A program made the position numbers and the translations under genes. DNA of 64,000 bases from Octopus vulgaris (lineage: Eukaryota). The first letter of the stretch is position 1. Every line of letters begins with the position of its first letter. Below the pieces are notes generated by a model. That model was given only the letters and a program-made list of their open reading frames with translations, was not told where the DNA came from and did no database searches. The stretch is from contig OX597815.1 of assembly GCA_951406725.2 (NCBI GenBank), forward strand, positions 184,078,001 through 184,142,000, given 5' to 3'. This document shows positions 51,420 through 64,000 of this stretch, in pieces.

Positions 51420-52545
51420 GGCATGAATGAGGCTGGAACACCTTGTGAAGGTCTCTCGCCCGGCGAGTGCCCCACGGGTGAGCAGCGTGGGCTCAGTCAT
51501 CATCAAGCGAAGTGTTACTGAAAAGCCGTGAACATATACTCGGAACCGAGTAGCAGGCGCCCGTCTCGATCACTCAAAAGCCTGATCATGGCTTTGTTTC
51601 CACGTCGTGTTTCCACCGTTCGGCTACATTGGACAGCTTTAGTTCCTTTATGTTTGAGCGCACGAACCTTAGCTCCGATAACACTGCATTCGTGTTTCGA
51701 TTCGATGAAATGGTCAATGGCCATTCCAGCCTCTAACACACCGGTCGCGATGCTCTTTCTAATCGCCTCTTCTAATTTGGTAACTAGTTAACTATAAAAT
51801 CTATTCCTTCCTATAGCTAACTCTTTGCTAAACTCTTTCGATTCTCTTCTAATCGACCTCGTCAGGGCGGCCCACCACCGGTTGTTGTCGATTTCTCCCA
51901 TCAACTGGCGCTTAACTAGTTCACAAATTGGATTCCTGTATTCTTTGTGTGCCGGAAAGGACGCGTTAAACTCCCTGTTAACGGGTCCCTGTCTACGGGT
52001 CCTTTGAAACTCGACTGTGCAGATCATAAACTTGTGGTTTGTGTAGCCGACCAATTTAAATTGTGGACAACCTATGCTATCCCTATCCACTGACCTAACA
52101 AACACTGTATCTGGATACGATCTAGATGACCCGCTGTGGCTGCACTCCATCAGGGAGATCTAGTCGATACCTATCAGACAATTGGAAGATTCGGAGTAGG
52201 TTCTCGAGGCTTTAGCACCCACTTCTTTTATGAACTAACTCCACAGTCCTTCCGTGCGTCCCAAATTCCCTTGGAGTCTTCTACTAGTACTAAACTTTGT
52301 CGGGAATGGTTCTAGACGCCTGAATGATTCTAGCGCTGCAGCCCCTGCAGAGACACAGACGGCAACCCGTCTAAGGGCGCCTCCTTCGCTACCATTCACA
52401 TCTAGAACCACTAATCTGTCACACGGGTCCAAGAAGATTGCCTTTACTTCGAAATCTCAGAATTTTCGGAACAGCACTGCTACCCCGACGTCCACACCCG
52501 ACAGAACACGTGTTGAGAATATCTCAATCATCGAAAACGAGCGCC
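51420..52545 (-). mobile_element. Decayed L1/Tx1-like endonuclease-region fragment
   Basis: LVVLDVNGSEGGALRRVAV, YTNHKFMICTV, NRWWAAL; same family as the 12264-12640 and 25400-26710 pieces. Confidence 0.75.
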
Positions 52546-52592
52546 AGTGTTTTCAAGTAGAAATTCTTGTAATAATAATAATAATAATAATG

Positions 52593-52627
<35 letters not shown>

Positions 52628-52631
<4 letters not shown>

Positions 52632-53052
52632 GGCTACAGCAAATATTCTGCTCAATACCAAAGATTTGCTTGTCACTTGTTTGACCATAACCAGTTGAGC
52701 ATGTCCCTTAGTGGCTGACGATATGTGCATCTCTAATCACGAGCAGAATTTGCGGGGGAGCATCATAACCAGCGTGGGTGTTTCGTTCAACATCGTTAAA
52801 CAACTCTTATTCAGGGACCTTTTGAGCGAGATGGGCTACTTAACCTGAAGAAAAAATTCTAACTCGGCCCCCACTGGCAAGGTCCTGCGCTGTTTATCTT
52901 GATAAAAGATCACCATGTGACGCACATGTGATTGTGATTCATGTGTCTGGTATACCCTTATCAGACGGGTAGTCATGATGGGTATACTGGGCTTCGTATA
53001 TTTTTACCCCTCTGTCTCTTTGATGGCATGCACTGCTATTTCACTCAATAAT
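52628..53052 (-). mobile_element. Family C copy flanked by AAT repeats
   Basis: Homologous to 8500-8785; terminal cactcaataata matches 53344-53370 and 57425-57511 in reverse complement. Confidence 0.8.
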
Positions 53053-53366
53053 AGTTTCAAATTTTAGCGTGGGGCCAGCAAGTTCGAGGGACGGGGTGAG
53101 TCAATTCCATTTTTCCAGCAATACTTATTTTATAGATTCCGAAAGGATGAAATGCAAAGTCGGACCCGGCGGAATTTGAACTCAGAACGTAACGGCAGAC
53201 GAAGTACCATGCGAACAATTCTTCCACTTCGCCGTCTAAAAAAAATCTTTAAATAATGATGACAATGATGTTGAGGATGATGATAATGATAATAATAATA
53301 ATACCAACAACAGCAACAATTATTATTATTATTATTATTATTATTGAGTGAGAGAGCAGTTCATGC

Positions 53367-53400
<34 letters not shown>

Positions 53401-54079
53401 GTTGTTGTTGTTGTTTCTTACACCGGCACAAAATCTTCAATTAGTGGGAGGGAACATGTTGATTAGTACCGACATCCACACCTGACGTCTATTATGGATA
53501 CCGGTTAGATGAAAAGCAATACGTAACCGAGGCGGGATTTGAACTCGGGACGTAGAATAACGACAACAATGATAACGTAATAGTATAATACTAATCATAA
53601 TAAAGTTTGAAAGATAAAGATTCTTAGATAAAAAGGCGGACATATGATATGCTCTGTTGCTATGACTACCTCTCTACACGTCACGGAACAAAAAGCTGGT
53701 CACTAATCGAAGAAGACTAACGAACGAGATGAGATATTCCTCCCTCAGTTAAAATGTTAAACTCGCCGAAACAAGTATCGTCTCGCTGAAACAGCGAAGT
53801 CCAAAGTGCCAAGTAAGTCGTAGAAAATAGCTACTACTTCTTTCGTTTGTGAATATGATATGAAAACTACTACAGTGTCCGATATTGTGTCTGTGTGCGT
53901 GCACGCAAGTATACGAGCCTTCCAGTATTGTTTTCTCATATATCAGTTAACACATGCAAATATATATACTTATGCATAGGCATCTACACGAACATAAATA
54001 TATATAATTTTATTTATATACATATATACATATATAAACACACATTTGGTTATATATTTATATATACATATAAATATAC

Positions 54080-54110
<31 letters not shown>

Positions 54111-54415
54111 TGTTAAAACAGTTATATGCAAGCATTCTCGTAATGTTTTGAAGTTTACTATGATCATGTGTGGTCCAGTTCGGCAATACACGTGTGGCGG
54201 GTGTATATTGTGTTTATATACAGGCACACACAAAAGAGAAAAGGTACAGATAACAAAAAATGCTTGTGTGAGTATCCTGTAAATTACTTTTTAATAACTC
54301 TTTCTAGTCTCGTCCACACCTTCACACTTTCTCTCTATTTCTGTCTGTCGTTCTTCACTTTTTCTTCTCTCTAACTCTCCACACACTTCATTTTTTTTTC
54401 TCTATATCTTTCGCA

Positions 54416-54416
<1 letters not shown>

Positions 54417-54494
<78 letters not shown>

Positions 54495-54581
54495 ATACGT
54501 ACGAGTCTGTATAGATATACATACATACATATATATATATTTATATATATATATATATATATATGCATGTATATATATGCA

Positions 54582-54622
<41 letters not shown>

Positions 54623-54649
54623 ATACCCCTCTCTCTATCTTATATGTAC

Positions 54650-54681
<32 letters not shown>

Positions 54682-54953
54682 GTTTTTGTATATATATATG
54701 CATGTATATATATGTATATATATATATATATCTATATATATATATATATCCCCCTCTCTCTATCTTACATGTACGTGTCTGCATATATATATATATGTGT
54801 ATGTATGTATGTACGTATATATATATATGTATGTATGTGTTTATATATATATATATATGTATGTGTATATATATGTGTGTATGTATATATGTGTACGTGT
54901 ATGTATGTATGTATGTATGTATGTATATGTATATATATATATATATATATATA

Positions 54954-55000
<47 letters not shown>
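54417..55000. repeat. Compound (TATC)n/(TA)n/(TATG)n microsatellite block
   Basis: Direct inspection; representative of many simple-repeat tracts (also 489-570, 6128-6180, 6490-6770, 11540-11700, 41283-41410, 59350-59410). Confidence 0.95.
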
Positions 55001-55004
<4 letters not shown>

Positions 55005-55623
55005 TCTCGCCATACATTGATAGCACACGACCACAAACATTCAAACCGTTGCTCCAGCATGGTATTAGCTATATAGTAGGAGCACACATGTCCTTATCGA
55101 AGTATCTTAAACTCATCAACCGGCACGAGGCAATTAGAATTGTGTCATTTTATTTTCAATAAATTTCAGGGGGTTAAAACATACATATGCGTTTGTGTGT
55201 GTGTGTGTACTTATATGTATATATATATATGTGTGTTTGTGTGTGTGTGCGTGTGTATGATAGACACAGCAAAAAAATATGTTAATGTGTATATATTTGT
55301 ATATTTCTATATATATGTTTATATATATGTGTGCACGTGTGTATACTCACACTCACACATACATACACACACACACACACGCACGCACATTGATATACAG
55401 ATAGATATATATAGTCGTGTATGTATACATTTATAGTGTATTTTGGGTTTTTTTTGTATTCATCTTTTTGTTCTTGTACTCACATGTATTACATATTATA
55501 TGCTTAGCTATACATTACACAGAACGACAAATTAAGAAAAAAAAAAAAAAAATATATATATATATACGTGCGCGCGGCATGGTATATTGTAGACAGTTGT
55601 TTGTGTATGTATGTATGTATGTA

Positions 55624-55659
<36 letters not shown>

Positions 55660-56193
55660 GTTGTTGGTATGTGTGTAAGCGTTATTTTTACTTAACTTCG
55701 AAAGAGAAAACGATTCTTCGCTTGACAAATCTTTCCAACTTTTATCCGGCATACGAAGCGATATAGTTTTACTTTCATATCTGTGTACTTCCATCTTCCT
55801 TTCCGCCTTTCTCTTTCTCTTTCTCATTCTGTCTGACTCTCTCTCTCTCTCTCTCTCTCCTCCACCTCTCTCCTTCCCATGTACTCTGTGTGTATATGTA
55901 TGTGTCAGTGTGTCTGTGCGTTTGTGTTTGTATATGTATGCCAATGTATAGAGATAAAAAATACAAAATGTATTATATATATATATACATATAAACATAT
56001 CTCTCTGACTGCAACGTTGGAATTCTACCAAAATATCTCGGCGTACAGGCCTCTATGTTAGCGTGCGTGCCTGTTACTTGACTGACAGGCAGATAATTAT
56101 ACCCTATCTAAAAGATAGTGAAATATGAAAAGTAAACGCGTGTCCACAATAATAATAATAATAATAATGATAATAATAATAATAATAATAATG

Positions 56194-56229
<36 letters not shown>

Positions 56230-56890
56230 CTTTCTACTATAGGCACAGGGCATGGATTTTTGTGGGGAATAGGTTGGCGGGGGGGTGGTGCAATTGACGA
56301 TATCAATCCCAGTACTTGGCTGGTACTTAATTTATCAACCCCGAAAAGATGAAAGGCAAAGTCGACCTCGGCGGAATTTGAATTTGAACTCAGAACGTAA
56401 AGACGGACGAAATACCTATTTCTTTACTACCCACAAGGGGGCTAAACATAGAGAGGACGAATAAGAACAGATTAAACGGATTAAGACGATTATATCCATC
56501 CCCAGTGCGTAACTGGTACTTATTTAATCGACCTCGAAAGGATGAAAGGCAAAGTCGACCTTGGCGGAATTTGAACTCAGAACGTAGCGGCAGACGAAAT
56601 ACTGCTAAGCATTTCGTCCAGCGCTCTAACGATTCTGCTAGCTCACTGCCAATAATAATAATAATAATAATAATAATGGTTTCAAATTTTTCCACAAGGG
56701 CAGCAGTTTTGGGGGAAGGGATAAGTCGATTACATCAACCCCAATGTTTCACTGGTACTTAATTTATCGATCCCGAAAGGATGAAAGGCAAATTTGACCT
56801 CGGTGTAATTTGAACCCAGAATGTTGTGAGATTCGAATTGTCGCTAAGCATTTTGTCCCGCGTGCTAACGATTCTGCCAGCTCGCCTCCT
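56230..56890 (-). mobile_element. Cluster and tandem of SINE family A units
   Basis: Three central domains near 56330, 56530 and 56770; tail-to-head junction at 56410-56440. Confidence 0.85.
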
Positions 56891-57027
56891 TAGCAAATAA
56901 CAACAACAACAATAATAATAAACTTACGGATATCTAAGGTTACAGGTAATAACTAGTTACCCACATAAATCCTACCAGGAGCCAAACGAAAACAATAATA
57001 AGAATAATAATGTTAATAATAATGTTC

Positions 57028-57058
<31 letters not shown>

Positions 57059-57596
57059 TAATAATAATGTGTGAGTAAAGAACAAGACAGAAAATGTTCA
57101 GGGGTTCGGGTGGGATAATTGAAAATACCAATCTTAGAACTTTATTTATCGACCCCCCACAGTGATACAAAGTACGCTGCAGCATGCCGGATGATAACTG
57201 TAGTTCCTAATGCTCATGAAAGTATAAAATCATCCAGGGTGGAATTCGAACTCCAAACGTAAAAAAAAAAAAGAAAAAAAAAAAAAATGCTACAAAGTAT
57301 TTTGAGGGCGTGTTAAAGATTCTGCCTTGTTGATAATAATGATGATGATGATGATGAAAATAATCATCATCATTATTATCAACAAGGCAGAATAATTAGC
57401 CTCACGCTAAAATTTGAAACTATTATTGAGTGAGATAACAGTGCATGCCATCAAAGAGACACAGGGGTACACATATACGAAGCCCAGTATACCCATCATG
57501 ACTACCCGTCTAATAATAATAATAAAATTAAAGATAATGATAACGATGATGGTATATGTATATAAAGATATAACAATCACACATACACGTGCCTTT

Positions 57597-57648
<52 letters not shown>

Positions 57649-57873
57649 AACATACATGTACTATCTTCATATATATGTATATATACATGCATATATGGGT
57701 ACAGGACCCAAAAAACGTGAATAAAAAGAGAAACGAAAACATAGAAAACGAACTTTTTTCGAACAACGAAAGAAACAAAGAGAGAAACGAGACAAGGAAC
57801 TTAAAGAACATTCCCTTCATCAGCTGTCCCTTGTTTTATTTAACCCGCGTTTCGATACGTACATATATGTTTT

Positions 57874-57924
<51 letters not shown>

Positions 57925-57929
<5 letters not shown>

Positions 57930-58140
57930 CCGAGTAAAGACATAAATGTGAAACAAGGTGGAAAAAAGAGTACTCAAATACCAGTGGTAGAGTAATATGC
58001 TTTATTTAAAGCAGCTGAAAATTCAACAAAACCTGTTACTCTGAGTTTCACGTTCACGCTAGAACTAGCAAAAACTGTCCGGGAAAAACGGGAACGTGAA
58101 ACTCAGAGTAACAGGTTTTGTTGAATTTTCTGCTGCTTTA

Positions 58141-58146
<6 letters not shown>
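57925..58146. mobile_element. Short TA-tract insertion with 55-bp inverted repeat and partial HHR-like motif
   Basis: 58001-58055 versus 58092-58146, one mismatch. Confidence 0.7.
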
Positions 58147-58187
<41 letters not shown>

Positions 58188-59653
58188 ATGTATGTACATA
58201 TGAATAGTCACACACACACACGCACAAACATAGGGACAGACGGACATACATAATATGTGTGTGTAGTGTGTGACTATGAACGTGTGTTTGGTTGTTTTTA
58301 CGTGTCTAATTATTAAAATTTCTATCCGTGTATACATGAAATGCTTTTGCCTGTATTTTGTTCTTATAACTTGTACGAGGCTTGGGCGTGTGGGAATGTC
58401 TGTGTGTCTGTGTGTGTAACGCAATTCAGTCTGTATGTATGGCTTGAAATTTCTTGAATGAAAGAAATCAATATTTATGTAGGTAATCAATATGGCCTAC
58501 GTATATACTACACAATACAGCACATACAGCCACCCACTCACACCTACACACTTACACACAGTCGCCCACACACCTTTATTCATAGAATCAGCACACATAC
58601 ACACATACACACTCCCTGTTATAATCACTCGCCCACACACACTCAAACACACAGACACAAACACACAGACACAAACACACAGACACAAACACACAGACAC
58701 AAACACACAAACTCTGTATATGCCTGGTTGATAGTGTTTGTGACTGTAAGCAGCTATTCACACGAAGTTTTTCCTTTACTTCCCGTTGTTGTCATTTAGT
58801 CCCAGTTGAAATATTCTTCACGCAGTCCACCGATCTAATGCGTTCCACGCGTGACTATCCGGTCTTGTTATGACTACATAGAGCTAAATCAGCCGATGTT
58901 TTTCTCCTTTTTTTTTTCTTTCTATCGTTTATTATGGTAGGCTGTGATTTGGATAAAAAGAAAAAAAATAACAACTATAGTTCGAACGACTGTACAGAGA
59001 CTCTCTTGCCGACCCATAAAGTCATCGCATATTTTTAATGACATGGGAACATGCAACACCAGGAAACTAGCGGCAGCAAATGGATGGCACTTAAGATTTT
59101 AAAAGTTCGTCTGCACTTCGAGTAAACAAAGAACCACGTTGGCTAGGAACAAGTACAGAACTATTCGTATATCAGTACAATAATTAAGTATGTATAATTT
59201 TCCATGAGATTTCTTTAAATGCCACTTTACAAAATTTTAAGCCAGTCTTTAGGGTGTCACTAAACGACAGGACCTTCTGTTGAATTTCAAAAGAGTTCCC
59301 GGGATTTGTGAATATGTGTAGGTGAGGCTTGAGCTTTGCATATAAATGTGTATGTATGTATGTATGTATGTATGTATGTATGTATGTATGTATGTATGTA
59401 TGTATGTGTGTATGCACGCATGCATAGATGTGTATGACTGCCTTTATACGTAGAAGAATGGTACTTATTGTTCACGTGCGTATATAATGAGGGTGTATTT
59501 GCTTTTAAGAGAGCATGTAATTAAATTTATACGTGATTTTATATAACCAGACACAAGGGTGTATAGAGTTCGATATACATATAAACATGCATATGTGTGT
59601 GTTTAGGTTTGTGTATACACACACACACACATATATATATATACATACACACA

Positions 59654-59688
<35 letters not shown>

Positions 59689-59855
59689 AATATATATATA
59701 TATATAAAGATGCAATTTTAAAGATACATGTGCGCACACACACACACAAGCATATGTGTTAGGAAAAATATAAAGGTGGATATGATTGGGAAAAAAAGGA
59801 TTTATTTATCGCTTACGTCCCTTTTAGGGACTCATCATAAATATATATAGATATA

Positions 59856-60223
59856 TAGGCGCAGGCGTGGCTGTGTGGTAAGGAGCTCGCTTCCCAACAG
59901 CATGGTTCCAGGTCCAGTAGCACTGCGTGGCAGCCATGGGCCGACCAAAGCCTTATGAGTCGATTTGGCAGAGATAATCTAACAGACGACTGTCTTTCTA
60001 TGTAGTTATGTGTGTGAGCCTGTGATTGTTCCCACTGCCATCACTTGACAACAAACGCTGGTATGTTTAAGACCCCGTAACTTAGAGGTTTGGCGGAAGT
60101 GGCCGATAGAAGAAAGTACTAGGTTTACAAAATATAAGTCCTGGGGGTTGATTTTTTTCGATTAAAATATTTCATGCTCTAGCATAGCCGTAGTCAAATG
60201 ACGGAAACAAGTAAAATTTAAAA

Positions 60224-60275
<52 letters not shown>

Positions 60276-61180
60276 AATATATATATGCATGTATATATAT
60301 GCATGTATAATAACAAACATGCATACGAATATATATATGTGTATATATTTATGTGTGTGTGTGTTCTTTTGTTCTTTTTTCTTTTACTTGTTTCAGCTAT
60401 TTGACTGCGGCCATGCTGGAACTTCCCTTTAGTCTACCAAGTCCACCCCAGGACTTATACTTTGTATGCTTAGTACTTATTGTATCGGCCTCTTTTGCTG
60501 AAACGCTAAGTTATAGGGACCTAACACACGAGCGTCGGTTGTCAAGCGATGTTGGAAGGGGGAAACAAACACAGACCCACCAACATACACACACACACAC
60601 AAACACACACACACACGGCTTTGGCCGGCCCGAGGATACAATAGAAGAAACTTGTCCAAGGTGCCACGCAGCGGGAATGTGCCTGGAACCATGTGGTTGG
60701 TGAGCAAGCTACCTACCATACAGTCACTCTTGCGCCTATATATATATATATATATATACATATATTACTCTTTTACTTGTTTCAGCCATTTGACTGCGGC
60801 TATGCTGGAGCACCGCCTTTAGTCGAGCAAATCGACCCCGGGACTTATTCATTGTAAGCCCAGTACTTATTCTATCGGTCTCTTTTGCCGAACCGCTAAT
60901 TGACGGGGACGTAAACACACCAGCATCGGTTGTCAAGCAATACTAAGGGGACAAACACAGACACACAAACACACACACATATACATATATACATATATAC
61001 GACAGGCTTCTTTCAGTTTCCGTCTACCAAATCCACTCACAAGGCATTGGTCGGCCCGGGGCTATAGCAGAAGACACTTGCCCAAGATGCCACGCAGTGG
61101 GACTGAACCCGAAACCATGTGTTAGCAAGCTACTTACATGTGTTAGCAAGCTACTTACCACACAGCTACTACTGCGCCTA
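59856..61180. mobile_element. Three SINE family B copies (59856-60225 +, 60380-60737 -, 60768-61180 -)
   Basis: Head, CORE-like and tail motifs as in 40887-41262. Confidence 0.85.
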
Positions 61181-61447
61181 TATATATAGATTATGTTTAT
61201 ATATACATATATATATATATACACACACACACATATATATACCTATGTATATATGTATTCACATCTATATATACATATAAACATACACACACACATAAAT
61301 ATATATATAAATCTTATTGTTTATAGATTGTGTTTGATTATGTTTGAAAAGTATATATATTTACGGTTTATGCATATATCTGTGTGCCTATCTTCCTACG
61401 TATCTATCTATCTATCTGTCTGTCTGTCTGCCTATTTCTCTCTCTTT

Positions 61448-61481
<34 letters not shown>

Positions 61482-61799
61482 CTACAAATTATCAACAATA
61501 TAACACCCGGGATATGGTGATCTGATAGAACCTTCAACGATTGTGATCCACCAATGTATTCCTTTCACTATTGCATTTAAGGTATTTGACACAACGGCAG
61601 CTATTGTCATTCACCGTATACCATAATAGAAAGTGTTTGTTTTGATTTCTTCGGCAATCCCATTGCTCTCAGTTTAGTAGTTCTTCAAATATTTTAAGAT
61701 TTAAATACAGACATTATTTAAATCTCATGTTTACATTAATCTAGTTATGCTTCTAAGTATATATATGTATAGATAGACACAAATACGTAAGCATGCATC

Positions 61800-61879
<80 letters not shown>

Positions 61880-63509
61880 CGCTATATTTAATTGCTTCAG
61901 ATTTTACCAGTAGTCTTATTGCTATATATATCTATGCCCCATTGAACACTCAAATGCGAGATTGCACATTTAAACAAGAATAATATTGCGTATATTTAGG
62001 GTTAGACTGTAACGTAGAAATATAGGCAAATTATATGAAAATAATAACAGAAAACAAACTATTGATATTTCAGAACCTTCATTCCTCTGTTTGATTCAAT
62101 AATTCAATACATACATAAAACCGTCTGATAAGCGAAAGTTAAGAGTTTTTAATATTGCCCATATATACCAGGAAATCATGCTCCATCAAAAAGGAAAAAA
62201 AAAATATGCCGAATACCCATCGAGTTCCAACTAAGATGAAAGCAACGAATAAAATATAATTACAGCATAAAATAATCAATACAAATAAACAATAATTACA
62301 TGTGTGTATAAACACACACACACGTATACATATGCATATATGTATATGCATATATATTTATATATATGTATATGCATATATATTTATATATATGTATGTT
62401 TGTATAGGCATATATATATATATATATATACATGTATATGTATATATAGATATATATAAATACATATTTATGCATACTTACTCATACTGTATGTGCATAT
62501 TTATACATATATGCACTCTACATACATACATACGTACACCCATATATGCTTTACGTGGGTAGTTCTTGAGGAAGTACTCTTCACCAGACAATTTTGAATT
62601 GAATGTCTGGATCAACATTCAATCTTATGTTAGTATTGCCTTCCATGTGTATTATCTATACAGAGACGGGCTTGATTCCAGCTACGCATTTCGTCGTAAG
62701 GACTGATGAAGATAGAACGCACATTTACATGTGATTACGTAACTAGTTGAAATGTATGTATTAAATGCAATCCAAATACCAGTAATTGGTATTTGGAATG
62801 CACTTCTCTACCCGTCTTCCTTTCTCCCTTATATAAACATACCAGCTTAGATACATATGACAACCATACATATGAGGGAAGTGAGAGAGAGAGAGAGAGA
62901 CAGAGACAGAAAGAGACAGAGAGTGGTATGAATGTTACTGGAATAATGCCAATCGCAGGACCCTGGATACCTATGACACGTTGTAAAGTAAATGAGCATA
63001 CTCGTGTGTAGAATTCCTGATACAAGGCGCAATGCACTCATAGTTAAGCGCATGAGTGTCATCTTATAACTACGTAGTAGTTTCAAATATGAACTCACCA
63101 TACTCAAGCACTCAGCTATGAGTGCATCGTACCTTATAGCAGAAACAACTTTGGAGTTAATGAAGTTCGTAACATAATTGTTTATTCCTTTCTCAAACCA
63201 ATTTTGTATTATCGCTCTTCACACGATTGACGTTTCGTACTGAAGCACGTGCATTAATTACTTATTACGCTTGATTACTAGCCTAAGTGATATACATACA
63301 TATATATATATATCATCATCATCATCATCATGTGACCGACCAGACCATCAGATGTTGCTACACATCGCTGGTCACAATGCATTCGCATTGTTTTAGCCTT
63401 CGAATGACGCCACCCCGCTGGCTAAGCGAGCAGGCCAACATATATATATATATGTATATATATGTGTGTGTGTATGTGTGTGTGTGTGTGTGTTTGTAAC
63501 GATATGTGT

Positions 63510-63690
63510 ATCGTTGGCGATTTTATTCCTCTGTCTTCCTTTTCTATTGGTTTTTCCTCAGTTTCTGAATAAGAGCTTTGCTCGAAACGTTAAACCATCT
63601 TTCTTTCCTTCCCTGAGCGTCTGCTAATACTAGACATGTACCACGTCCTAACGTTGTTCCTTTGTGTTTGTTTTTGTTTTCTTTTGGGAC
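63510..63690 (+). mobile_element. Family D copy with HHR-like motif at 63561-63595
   Basis: GUUU-CUGAAUA-A-GAGC(uuu)GCUC-GAAA-CG-UU-AAAC; homologous to 36098-36270. Confidence 0.75.
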
Positions 63691-63714
63691 TTATTGTATA
63701 TATATATATATATA

Positions 63715-63896
63715 CCGTACCTTAATGTGTATAAGGAATCCTTGCGTATATGGACCACCCCACCAATTTCTTGAGTTTCAAATTTGTAAAAAAGGTTTTG
63801 TAAGGGATTATAATACTATCCATGTATAAGCAACTTCAATATTCTTCTATCCTAACTTTTGACAAAGAAGGGCCTATCATACACGTTAGAATACAG
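63715..63896. mobile_element. Tc2/pogo-like MITE
   Basis: Imperfect TIRs ccgtaccttaatgtgtat and atacacgttagaatacag; TA on the left flank. Confidence 0.6.
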
Positions 63897-63897
63897 T

Positions 63898-63955
<58 letters not shown>

Positions 63956-64000
63956 GTGTGTATACATATATATATATATGTGTGTGTGTGTGTGTATATA

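Noticed and set aside
63335-63440. Possible HDV-like ribozyme in a GC-rich stub next to (CAT)n
   Set aside because: Some pairings exist (cctgct/agcggg, ttagcc/ggctaa), but I could not fit the nested double-pseudoknot; more likely a LINE-type 3' end.

Overview
AT-rich, microsatellite-laden animal genomic DNA with no confidently recognisable host gene; the SINE families and repeat style suggest an octopod cephalopod (inference). The window is a mosaic of transposable elements: a young Penelope-like element (PLE; RT plus GIY-YIG, inverted pseudo-LTR) in a (TA)n tract, a full-length decayed mariner, Helitron pieces, L1/Tx1, R4/Dong and CR1-like LINE fragments, pogo and hAT remnants, and two abundant tRNA-derived SINE families. 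The most notable unexplained structure is a set of about a dozen hammerhead-ribozyme (HHR) motifs in at least six unrelated short repeat families. One is a tRNA-headed, (AAT)n-spaced, HHR-tailed element that occurs as head-to-head palindromes. The PLE itself has an HHR with a compensatory U3-A8 core and a U-UUU-UUA slippery site linking an upstream ORF to an RT frame with no ATG over its conserved N-terminus. Most ORF-track entries are microsatellite artefacts.
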